A DNA stretch of 64,000 nucleotides from Candidatus Woesebacteria bacterium (lineage in GTDB: Bacteria; Patescibacteriota; Microgenomatia; UBA1400; UBA1396): positions 10,214-74,213 of the forward strand of contig JAJOJK010000005.1 in NCBI GenBank assembly GCA_021208605.1, in the 5' to 3' direction. Position numbers and translations under genes: made by a program. Below are positions 38,426 to 48,255 of the stretch, piece by piece; within the stretch, counting starts at the first letter, position 1, and the number at the start of each line of letters is the position of its first letter. The notes under the pieces are model-generated. The model was given only the letters and a program-made list of their open reading frames with translations. It did no database searches and had not been told where the DNA came from.

Positions 38426-40147
38426 TTATTTGGCTACTGCACTGCCGCGAACCTCGCGGATAACGTTTACGGTTACTGTTCCGGGGTAGGTCATGTCTTC
38501 CTCATACCGGGCAGCTATTTGGGTGGCAATGACGTTTACGTCACGATCGGAAGATTTATCGGCCTTTAGTATAACACGAACCTCACGACCTGCCTGTATA
38601 GCAAACGATTTTTCGACTCCTTCATACGAGTCTGCGATCTCCTCCAGTTTTTGCAGACGTTGGACGTATTCTTCATGATTTTCATTTCGGGCCCCTGGTC
38701 GAGAGCCAGAAATTGCGTCGGAAATATAGACTAACACGGATTCCAAAGAAGTAAATGGTTCATCTTCGTGATGTTGGGCCACACAATCAATGACTTCTTG
38801 CGGAAAATTGTTCTTTTGCAAGTACCGAACACCGAGTTCGACGTGGTTGCCCTCGCCTTCAATCACTTTACCGATGTCATGCAACAAACAGCCCATGGTC
38901 ACCGTACGAACATCGAGTCCGAGTTCGTTGGCCAATTTGATACCAATTTGTGTTTCTTCCAACGTGTGCTGAATTAGGTTCTGACCATAGGAAAAACGGT
39001 ACTTGAAACGACCCAAACGACCCATGATCTCATTCGGCATGTTATAGATACCCACTTTGTGACAGAGGCGCTTGCCTTCTTCAAACATGATCTTCTCAAG
39101 TTCTTTGGTGACCTTTTTCACCACTTCGTCAATGCGGGTAGGTTGAATACGACCATCTTTGAGCAAACGCTCCAAAGAAATGCGGGCAATTTCGCGTCGT
39201 ACGGGGTCAAAACAGGACAGGCGCACCTCGTTAGGCGTCTCATCCAGCTCGACATCAACACCGGTCGAACGCTCGAAAGCACGGATATTGCGGCCATCTT
39301 TTCCAATGATGCGACCTTTCATGTCCGCATCCGGAAGTTTCACTACCGAAATCGTGAACTCTGGCACATAATCAGTCGCGCCATGTTTCATGGCATCAAC
39401 TAAAAACTCTTTCGCTTTTTCATCCGCTTCTTGCTCAGCGGCTTCCATTTTTTGTTGAATCATCAGCGCAGCCTGCTTGTCGACCGTGCGCTCGAGACGC
39501 TTGAGAATTTCTTGGCGAGCCTCATCGCGAGTGAGACTCCCAATGTTTTCGAGCTCATCAATCAACTCGGTGCGTTTTGCTTCCAGTTCAGTCTGCTTTT
39601 TCTCAAGTTCGTCACGCTTTTGATCCAATAAATCTTCACGCTTATCGACTTGCTTCAAGCGATCATTGATGGAGGAAATCTGACGATCTAAGTTTTTCTG
39701 CTGTTGCTCGATTTTTTCGAGTTCTTGCTTGACATCACGCTCAGCGGCTTCGCGAATTTGCAGCGCTTCAGACTTGGCTTCTAACAAAATTTCGCGGGAC
39801 TTTCCTTGAGCTTCTTGTACAATGCGCTCGGCTTCTTTTTCCGCATCAGCGAGCTTTTGCTTCATCTGCTGCTGTTCGCGGTACTCCTGCTGACGAGCCT
39901 CAGCCTGCTGAGCTTTATTCTGCTCAGTACGGCTTTTCTGCTTCTGCTTACTCTTTTGTAAGTAACTGCCTTTTTTGGCGCTCTTGCTCTGGTCTTCGCG
40001 CTTATCCGCGGAACGGTCGCGACGACGAGAATTACGAGATTTTTTGGAATTTTTGGAAGATGATCGCGAAGATGACTTCGTTTCTTCAGCTGAAGCGTCC
40101 GCTTTGCTGGACTGCAAAACCTGGGAAAATGATCGAAAGAATGACAT
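38426..40147 (-). CDS. rny: Ribonuclease Y
   Basis: Coiled coil, KH (KGRIIGKDGRNIR), HD (LLHDIGK), SRPGAR and IQAGREVRV motifs. Confidence 0.96.
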   Translation of the reverse strand: MSFFRSFSQVLQSSKADASAEETKSSSRSSSKNSKKSRNSRRRDRSADKREDQSKSAKKGSYLQKSKQKQKSRTEQNKAQQAEARQQEYREQQQMKQKLADAEKEAERIVQEAQGKSREILLEAKSEALQIREAAERDVKQELEKIEQQQKNLDRQISSINDRLKQVDKREDLLDQKRDELEKKQTELEAKRTELIDELENIGSLTRDEARQEILKRLERTVDKQAALMIQQKMEAAEQEADEKAKEFLVDAMKHGATDYVPEFTISVVKLPDADMKGRIIGKDGRNIRAFERSTGVDVELDETPNEVRLSCFDPVRREIARISLERLLKDGRIQPTRIDEVVKKVTKELEKIMFEEGKRLCHKVGIYNMPNEIMGRLGRFKYRFSYGQNLIQHTLEETQIGIKLANELGLDVRTVTMGCLLHDIGKVIEGEGNHVELGVRYLQKNNFPQEVIDCVAQHHEDEPFTSLESVLVYISDAISGSRPGARNENHEEYVQRLQKLEEIADSYEGVEKSFAIQAGREVRVILKADKSSDRDVNVIATQIAARYEEDMTYPGTVTVNVIREVRGSAVAK

Positions 40148-40371
40148 GGGAATACTCCTTTAGTACATTCCCACTACTCGAAGCACCAGCATCGGGTGCG
40201 AGCAATCTGTGAAGTAATATATTTCTCAAGATAGTCATGAGTAGTAGGTATACGTGTTGTTATATGTAGTACGTGTATGCGTAACTGTAGACCGTATTAT
40301 ACATCTTTGTAAACCACTGTGTGAACGAAAACCGTAGTGCAGTCCGCAACAAACTCCGCTACAATAGTGGG

Positions 40372-40581
40372 ATGCGGTGGCCTTGGTCAAAAACAACTGA
40401 CTTAGAGACTCCGTCTGCCCCTCTTCAGGTTGAGGCCTCCTCAGCGAATGTGCAGACTGATTCTGGTTTTTCTTTTTTGGCTGATTCTCCCAAAAAGGAC
40501 TTTTCTTTCTACTGGTTCTTCCTGGTTTTCTGGCTGACAGTCGTGGCCACGGTTTTGATCAGCTGGAAAATGATTGTTTAG
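40372..40581 (+). CDS. Small tail-anchored membrane protein
   Basis: C-terminal hydrophobic helix; TACAAT 6 nt upstream of the ATG. Confidence 0.6.
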   Translation: MRWPWSKTTDLETPSAPLQVEASSANVQTDSGFSFLADSPKKDFSFYWFFLVFWLTVVATVLISWKMIV

Positions 40582-40617
40582 CCTGGTTGTGGGAGCACCA
40601 ATCCGCAAACTCGCAGC

Positions 40618-40651
40618 TTGATTTTTAGCACTCACTTATATACAATGCTAA
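40618..40651 (+). promoter_or_regulatory. lon promoter overlapped by a CIRCE (HrcA operator)
   Basis: TTGATT-N17-TACAAT interleaved with TTAGCACTC-N9-CAATGCTAA (2 mismatches to the CIRCE consensus). Confidence 0.8.
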
Positions 40652-40720
40652 CTCCACACCCTTGAGGAATGTGGTGTCAAATCAATAAAAAACCATCATA
40701 TAAATACTTTTTACACATTT

Positions 40721-43163
40721 ATGGCTATCAGCATTCGACACTCATCGGTAAAAAACTCCGCTCCCGCAGAGTCCAACGAGAAAACACCTGCCAAGCAAGA
40801 TCACCCGGCTTTACTGCCGCTGATTGCCTTGCGTGACGGCGTCATGTTCCCAAACACGGAAACGGTGCTCGTTTTTGGCCGCGAACAGTCACAACTTGCT
40901 CTGAATGCTGCCCAGGGATCACACAAGTACGTGGTCATCGTGGCGCAGAAAAAAGCTGCCACCGAAAACCCGACCCCCAAAGACCTCTACCAAATTGGTA
41001 CTCTCGCAAAAATTGAACGCACGCTGCAACACGAAGGTGAAACCCATGCTTTGATTCGTGGTATCCGCCGGGTTCGTGTTCAGTCATTCCAGCAAGAAAA
41101 ACCGTTTCCGGTGGTTATTGCTGAACAACTCGAAGAAAAACTCAAGCAGACGGATGAGTTCGAAGCTTCACTCAAGCACTTGTCGAATGTATTCCGCAAG
41201 ACGGTGCAATCCGGCAAAGCAGTCGAGTTCTTCAATTTTATGCAGTTGGTCGGGGGACTACAGTCGAAAGACTTGGTGGATCACATCGCTTCTGCTTTGG
41301 ATATTCCAACCCGTGACAAACAGCGCTTACTGGAACAGCTTGACGTCAACAAACGCGTAAAAGCGGTCATCGCCCACCTCACTCGCGAACAACACATTCT
41401 CAATATCGAACAAAAAATCAATAATGAAACCAAGAAGCAGATCGACGAGCGCATGCGAGAAAACGTCTTACGCGAACGCATGCAGGCTATCCAGCGCGAA
41501 CTCGGCGAACTCGACGAAGAAGAAGAGCTCGACGAACTCGAAGAGCGCATCAAAAAAGCGCGCATGCCAAAAAAGATTGAGGAAAAAGTCACCAAAGAAC
41601 TGCGTCGTTTACGCCAGATGTCGCCGATGCACTCGGAGTACTCCTATGTCATGAGCTGGCTAGAGTCGATGCTCGACATGCCCTGGAGCAAAAAATCACG
41701 GGGTCGTACTTCTCTCAAGCGCGCGGCGAAGGTGTTAGATCAGCAGCACTATGGTCTCGAAAAGGTGAAAGAACGCGTCTTAGAGCATTTGGCCGTCATG
41801 AAGCTGCGCGAACAAGATGGGAGCAAGTCTTCAAAAAAGAAAAATACCGACGACAAAACCCCACGTAAAAAATGTGCTGCCCACGATTCTCTGTTTTGTC
41901 GGTCCGCCTGGTGTGGGTAAAACATCAATTGGCCGTTCGATTGCTGAGTCGCTTGGTCGAGAGTTCGTGAAGGTGTCTTTGGGCGGCGTCCATGATGAGG
42001 CCGAAATCCGCGGACATCGTCGAACCTATGTCGGTGCTATGCCAGGAAAAATCATGCAAGGCATGGCGCAGGCTGGTACCAAAAACCCAGTTTTTATGCT
42101 CGATGAAGTCGACAAACTCGGCTCTGATTTTCGGGGTGATCCTTCCGCGGCTCTCCTAGAAGCCTTGGATCCAGAGCAGAACTTTGAGTTTACCGACCAC
42201 TATCTGGGCGAACCATTTGATCTCTCTGATGTGATGTTCATCACCACAGCTAACGTTTTGCACACGATTCCTGGTCCGCTCCGCGATCGTCTGGAAATTG
42301 TCGAATACACTGGATACACCTACGAAGAAAAATTCAACATTGCGCAGCAGTACCTGATTGATCAGGTTCGTGAAGGCGCCGGACTGAAGAAAACACAGTT
42401 TTCACTTACTGATGGCGCGCTCCGCGAAGTCATTGAACACTACACGCGTGAGGCTGGCGTTCGTGCTTTGAAGCGAGAGATTGCCAAAGTGGCGCGAAAA
42501 GTCGCGCGGCAAATCGCCGAAAAAGAAACAAAAAACGTCAAAGTCGAAAAACGCACCGTCAGCGACTACCTCGGTCCGATCAAAGTAATCGACACGCTCA
42601 TGGAGCTCGAAGACCAAATTGGTTTAGTGAACGGTTTAGCCTGGACGAGCACCGGCGGAGAAGTCATGCACATTGAGGCCGCACTCGCCACTGGCCAGGA
42701 AGGCTATACCATTACCGGTCAGCTCGGCGAAGTGATGAAAGAATCAGTCAAGGCGGCCTACACCTATGTTCGCTCGCACGCTGAGGAACTCGGGATTACG
42801 CCGCAAGCGTTCAAACATAACCACGTCCACATCCATGCTCCGGAAGGAGCTGTACCAAAAGATGGACCTTCGGCCGGTATTGCGTTGACGACTGTAATCA
42901 CGTCAGTTTTTGCCGAGAAAAAGATCAAACACACGGTGGCGATGACAGGCGAGGTGACGCTTCGCGGCAGAGTGTTACCCATTGGTGGATTAAAAGAAAA
43001 ACTCATTGCGGCACACCGAGCCGGCGTAAAACAGGCCTTTATTCCTAAACAGAATGAGAAAGACCTTGTCGACGTCCCAGAAAAGGTGAAAAAAGATATC
43101 ACCATTATCCCGGTGGAACACGTTAGCGAAGTCCTTGATCAGGCGCTTATCTGGAAAAAATAA
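40721..43163 (+). CDS. lon: ATP-dependent protease La (frameshift in the A-rich tract ~41830-41875)
   Basis: LON N-domain, GPPGVGKT, RGHRRTYVGA, PKDGPSAG (Ser) and IGGLKEK (Lys) motifs. Confidence 0.95.
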
Positions 43164-43196
43164 CAGCGTTTTGTGAAACTCAATCAGTGTTCGGCG

Positions 43197-44009
43197 CTAG
43201 TAGCCGAGCTGTTGCAAAGCTGCCTGATAGTTTTGATCGGACGTAATATCAAACCAAATTCCCTGAAACGGAAAAGCTAAGAGCTTTTGACTTTTGGCCA
43301 ATTGCGGGAAGACGTCGCTTTCGAGCATGGCTGGTGATTTTTTGGGAATCCATTCCAGCACTTCGGGCTCAAAAAGATAGACACCGGCATTCACGATACT
43401 GACAGTTTGCTCGGGTGTACTCCGCTGAAAATCGACGACGGTGTGCCCTTCAATAAAAACGTTGTCATACGTGGACAGCGTGCTACGAGGTTTGACGGCC
43501 ATGGTAAGCAGTCCACCTTGTTGCGTGTGAAACTCAGCCATCGCCTCAAGATCGATCGTCGTGAGAACATCGCCAGCAATGACGAAAAATGGTCCATCGC
43601 TCAGATACTTTTGCGCGCTAAGAATAGCACCTGCCGTGCCAGCCGGCGATGCCTCAAATACATACTTGATTTCCACTCCCAGCGACTTGCCCTCACCGAG
43701 TAATGTTTGGATATCTTTTCCTGATTCATTCGTGGCAATAACAATCTTGGTAACGCCAAATTTCTGCAGGTGCTCGATAGTGTGGACAATCAGCGGCTTA
43801 TCGTTGAGTAAGGTAAGCGGACGTGAAGGCTGGTCGGCATGTTTTTCACCACCAGCTAAAATCAAGGCGGTAGACAGGCGCGGCTGCAAGCTTTTCTGCA
43901 GCAAGTGCTCGATGGCATGCGAACGACTCCGAATGCGCTTTTTGTCGATTAAGCGGTCTATGGCGTCGAGGGTTGATTGGGAAAGGGTAATGGTGAGACG
44001 GGTTTTCAT
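43197..44009 (-). CDS. Ribbon-helix-helix domain fused to a degenerate sugar-phosphate nucleotidyltransferase domain
   Basis: MKTRLTITL...RSRSHAIEHLL RHH, followed by LILAGG, GTAGAI, GDVL, VNAGVY and WFDI. Confidence 0.82.
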   Translation of the reverse strand: MKTRLTITLSQSTLDAIDRLIDKKRIRSRSHAIEHLLQKSLQPRLSTALILAGGEKHADQPSRPLTLLNDKPLIVHTIEHLQKFGVTKIVIATNESGKDIQTLLGEGKSLGVEIKYVFEASPAGTAGAILSAQKYLSDGPFFVIAGDVLTTIDLEAMAEFHTQQGGLLTMAVKPRSTLSTYDNVFIEGHTVVDFQRSTPEQTVSIVNAGVYLFEPEVLEWIPKKSPAMLESDVFPQLAKSQKLLAFPFQGIWFDITSDQNYQAALQQLGY

Positions 44010-44112
44010 GCTGACTTCTGGCTAAAAACAAAATATCACACTTTGTCATACGAAAGCAACGCCAGACAACACCGGTCAAAATGAAAATTGAAAAATAAAG
44101 AAACTGAAAAAA

Positions 44113-45225
44113 CTACCGACTCCGGTGCAAGACATACTGCACTATGTGTAACAGCATTTCGCGCAATTCGTTTTTGTGCACAGTGTTCAGACCCTGCTCC
44201 GCGCGCACTAAATACTGCGCGGCCGTTTCACGCGTTCTCTCTTCCGCTCCCGTCCGGCGAATCAAGTCTTGCGCCCAAGCAACCTCAGCGGCAGAAATGG
44301 CTTCTTTGCGCAAAAGAGCCGCTAGATCAGCTTTCTCAGTCGCGCTCGCCTTCTCAGCGGCATACTGGACGAGCAGTGTTTTCTTGCCTTCCCGCAGATC
44401 ATTCCCGACTGGTTTGCCAGTTTCTTGCGGATCACCAAACAAGCCAATCAGATCATCAGTAATCTGGAACAGGACTCCGGCATTCCGACCGTACTCTGTG
44501 AATGGCCCTTTGAGTTCAGCATATTTTTCGCCCAATGTAGCGCCTAACAGCAACGGTGAAACAAACGTGTACTCTCCCGTTACCAAGCGCAAGCCCTCCA
44601 GGAATGTATCTTCACGGGCGTCTTCCAAGGTAATGAAATTTTGGTCGAGTAAGGTATACCAGCCCGTGGCAGTCATGTCGTAGGTGAGGTGTAGAAAAAT
44701 GTGGCTAACCTGCTGTCTTTGTTCGGCACTCACTTCGAGGTTCATCATGATGTCTGACACCATAGCGTGCAGCCAAATACCAGCTACTTCGGTATACGAG
44801 CGCGCGACGTGGTTGACCTGCTCCTCGGACAAATCTGCGTACTGCGGAAACTCGCGCAGTTTTTGCGCAATAAAGATGTGCATAGCTGGACCACCGTGGC
44901 GGAGTTCGTCTTGATCTGCCACGTCATCGGCCATGAGAATGCGTTTGTGATTGAGTTCCACAGCCATCATAAGCTGGCGGACAGCGGGTTGCTGCACAGC
45001 CGCATCAAAAGAAATGTCCTGACTCATCGCAGCACCAACGGCCACCAACAGAGGCCTGAGCGCTTTCGCACCCGGCCGATTCACGTACTCTTCTAGCCAA
45101 GAAACGACGCGCTCTGCCCAGGGATCAGGAATGTCAGCAATTTGGGGATGATACGCAACAAAATACGACGCAATATCTTGAGCACTGAGCTCTTGTACAC
45201 GGTGCAGCGTCGCTTTGAGGTCCAT
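44113..45225 (-). CDS. Polyprenyl diphosphate synthase family
   Basis: KALRP, DDVADQDELRHG, FQITDDLIGLFGD and GNDLREGKKT motifs. Confidence 0.9.
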   Translation of the reverse strand: MDLKATLHRVQELSAQDIASYFVAYHPQIADIPDPWAERVVSWLEEYVNRPGAKALRPLLVAVGAAMSQDISFDAAVQQPAVRQLMMAVELNHKRILMADDVADQDELRHGGPAMHIFIAQKLREFPQYADLSEEQVNHVARSYTEVAGIWLHAMVSDIMMNLEVSAEQRQQVSHIFLHLTYDMTATGWYTLLDQNFITLEDAREDTFLEGLRLVTGEYTFVSPLLLGATLGEKYAELKGPFTEYGRNAGVLFQITDDLIGLFGDPQETGKPVGNDLREGKKTLLVQYAAEKASATEKADLAALLRKEAISAAEVAWAQDLIRRTGAEERTRETAAQYLVRAEQGLNTVHKNELREMLLHIVQYVLHRSR

Positions 45226-45236
45226 GAACCTCGCTT

Positions 45237-46022
45237 CTACTCTTCGACAATTACTTTTGCGCCTGATGTCGGGTTGCCGAATAAGCTGTGGGCTGAGCCA
45301 CCACGCAGGAAGATCTCCATGAAGGGATCGTCATGTCCGGAACTCCCAACGGAGTAGGCCAGTTCGCCTTCATCCACGGAGAAGCTACCACCAGTGACTA
45401 AAGCAGCGCGGCGGATGCCGTTAATCTTGATGTGCACTTTTTCGCCTTCGTTGAAACCGCGTTGCGACTTGCGAATGCTGGTCTTGATGTTGCCAAAACC
45501 GTCAATCCACATGGCAATGCCTTCTGGCATGTCAGGCAAAGTGGTGGGGTCAACTTCTTCGAGCAAACGTTCTTCGTGTTTTTCGTGCAAAATATCGGAC
45601 ACGGCTTTCGGGAAGAAATCACGCGAGCGGAACTGAGAACCTTCGTTTTCTACTTGAATAATGTGCAGTTTTTCAATGAATGGTTTGACTAAAGAAAGCG
45701 TGTAAGCTGAGTTCACGGCCACAATTTCGATACCATTTTTCAGTTTGGCGTAGACGAGTTTTTCACCAGCGTTATTTTGCATGGCCGCTTTTTGCTCTTT
45801 GCGAGGCGCCGTGTTGACGTACATCACAGTTCCTGGAGGATTTTGTCCCAGAGCAAATTGATACACCATGAAGCCAGTAGCGACAGTGTCAAAAGAAGGA
45901 ATCGAGGTAGGAATAATGTGGAGATCGAGATCCCAGTTCTGCGTGTACAAACGCTCCAGGATTTCTCCGAATTCTTGTGAGGCGGGTTGGTAGTCACAAA
46001 TGACATGGAGTAAACGCTTCAT
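45237..46022 (-). CDS. SAM hydrolase/SAM-dependent halogenase (DUF62) family
   Basis: VNTAPR, SQFRSRDFF and WIDGFGNIKT motifs. Confidence 0.82.
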   Translation of the reverse strand: MKRLLHVICDYQPASQEFGEILERLYTQNWDLDLHIIPTSIPSFDTVATGFMVYQFALGQNPPGTVMYVNTAPRKEQKAAMQNNAGEKLVYAKLKNGIEIVAVNSAYTLSLVKPFIEKLHIIQVENEGSQFRSRDFFPKAVSDILHEKHEERLLEEVDPTTLPDMPEGIAMWIDGFGNIKTSIRKSQRGFNEGEKVHIKINGIRRAALVTGGSFSVDEGELAYSVGSSGHDDPFMEIFLRGGSAHSLFGNPTSGAKVIVEE

Positions 46023-46069
46023 AACTCGGATAGTATACCAGTTTTTCTTATTTTCGCCTGCTACAATAC

Positions 46070-47182
46070 GTGAGTCCTATGCAACGAATTGATTTGTCAT
46101 CGACACCACTGATGGGCGCGGTCGAACGAGCCGTAGCCGCGCTCGAACAGGGCCAGTTAGTGATCTACCCTACCGAAACATCGTACGGCATTGCCGCCGA
46201 TGCAACTCGTCTTGAAGCAATCGAGCGCCTACGCGCCTACAAAGGCAATCGCCAAAACAAGCCCTTCTCCATTGTTATGGCGGACCAAACCATGGCCGAG
46301 TCATTCGTCACGCTGACCGACACCGCTCGCCGTCTCTACACCGAACACTTGCCTGGTCCGCTCACTGTGATTTCTGACTCCCTCCCCGAAACCGTTGCTC
46401 CTGGCGTGGCCAATGCCGACGGAAGTATTGGAGTACGTATCCCAGACTACCCGGTCATCTTGGAAGTGGTAAAACAGTTTGGTCGCCCAGTAACCGCAAC
46501 CTCAGCCAACCCTTCCGATGGCAAGCAGCCCTACAGCATTGACGAGCTCCTCGCTGAGCTGACCGACGAACAAAAAAACCTGGTGGCCATTATTCTCGAT
46601 GCTGGGGTTCTCCCGCCGACGCTTCCCACCACTATTGTTGATGCCCGCGGCGAAACGCCACTTGTTTTGCGCCAAGGTGGCATTCAATTTTCCACTACGG
46701 AACTCCACCACACTTTCTCTGCAAAGGAAACTCAGGACCTTGGCGTACAAATCAGCACGAAACTCAAAAGTTTCTGGGGGCGCTCACCAATTATTTTTGC
46801 CCTCACTGGCGAAATGGGGAGCGGGAAAACTCACTTTACCAAAGGCATCGCGGCCGGCTTACGCATTCCCGACCTCATCAAATCGCCATCTTATGCTTTC
46901 GTCCACGAATACACATTCACAGCGCAGCGTGAGGCACTTCCCTTTTTGCATGTCGATGCCTGGCGGTTGGAGAATCCTGACGAACTGGATTCTCTGGGAC
47001 TTGCCCGAGCCTTGTCCCAATCAGGCATCGTTGCCATCGAGTGGGCGGCTCTAGAGACCGAGTTCTTCCAACGCTGGAAACTGAAGGCCGTCTGCGTCCA
47101 TGTCGATTTTTCTTCCTCTGCCGAAAACGAGCGCACCCTCCGCATCACCACTTCGTATCCGGAAAGTGAGGCCGTGGCATGA
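46070..47182 (+). CDS. TsaC (Sua5/YrdC)-TsaE fusion, t6A biosynthesis
   Basis: YPTETSYG, KGNRQNKP and TATSAN (TsaC), then GEMGSGKTHF, SPSY, HVDAWRL and IEWA (TsaE). Confidence 0.92.
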   Translation: MSPMQRIDLSSTPLMGAVERAVAALEQGQLVIYPTETSYGIAADATRLEAIERLRAYKGNRQNKPFSIVMADQTMAESFVTLTDTARRLYTEHLPGPLTVISDSLPETVAPGVANADGSIGVRIPDYPVILEVVKQFGRPVTATSANPSDGKQPYSIDELLAELTDEQKNLVAIILDAGVLPPTLPTTIVDARGETPLVLRQGGIQFSTTELHHTFSAKETQDLGVQISTKLKSFWGRSPIIFALTGEMGSGKTHFTKGIAAGLRIPDLIKSPSYAFVHEYTFTAQREALPFLHVDAWRLENPDELDSLGLARALSQSGIVAIEWAALETEFFQRWKLKAVCVHVDFSSSAENERTLRITTSYPESEAVA

Positions 47183-48245
47183 TTTTCCTTGGTATCGATA
47201 CTTCTTGCGACGACACCTCCATTGCCGTTTTGCGTGATCGTCAAGTTTTGGCCAACATCATTTCGTCTCAGGATGACACGCACAAAGAATACGGCGGCGT
47301 CGTTCCCATCTTAGCGAAACGAGAACACGAGAAAAACTTCCCCATTGTTTTGGACAACGCTCTCCACACCGCTGGTGTTACCCCTGCCGAAATAGACCAT
47401 ATTGCGGTAACCATTGGTCCGGGACTCGCCCCATCACTCGAGGTAGGCGTTGAGCAAGCTCAACGTCTGGCCGCAGAATGGAAGAAGCCACTCGAACCAA
47501 TTCACCACATGGAAGGCCATTTGCTCTCAGCCCTGGCTACCGACAATACCGGTAACGGCGGTCCCGATCCAGACACGGTCACGTTTCCTGCTCTCGGTAT
47601 TCTTGCCTCTGGCGGACACACCGAAATGGTTCTCATTCGCGCTTGGGGCAAATACGAAATCATCGGTGAAACCGTGGACGACGCTCTCGGAGAGGCCTAT
47701 GACAAAGTTGCGCGCATGCTCGGCCTTGGCTTTCCGGGTGGCGGCAAACTGGCTGGCTTAGCCGAACAGGGCAATCCGAACCAATACGATCTCCCTATCG
47801 CTATGCGCCAGTCTGGGGACTACAACGTCAGCTACTCCGGCATTAAAACGGCAACCCTGCGCCTGGTCCGTGAGCTCACGAACAACGGCCAAAAAGAACT
47901 TACCCCCGTGGAAATGCAAGATGTTGCCGCGAGCTTCCAACGCGCTGCTCTGCAAACACTCTTACAAAAGGTAAAAAAGTTCTCGCCTCCGAGCCAGTAA
48001 AACACGTCTTTCTGGGAGGGGGAGTTGCGGCAAACCAAGTCCTGCGGGCAGAGTTACAAATACTTCTGCAAGATCACCAGGCCGAACTGTTCTGGCCGTA
48101 CTCGCTGCGCCTTTGTCAGGATAACGGCGCCATGATCGCTCTGGCCGCGTACTTCCATAAGTACTACGGCTACCAGCTCGACTTCGAAAAAATTGACCGC
48201 CGGCCACAATGGCGACTCGACGCGTTCTCGCAAACCCTCAAGTAA
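47179..48245 (+). CDS. tsaD: tRNA threonylcarbamoyltransferase TsaD (frameshift at A6 run ~47975)
   Basis: GIDTSCDDT, HHMEGH and SGGHT motifs; after the shift, GGGVAAN and CQDNGAMIA run to TAA at 48245. Confidence 0.93.
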
Positions 48246-48255
48246 AGTGAAAAAA

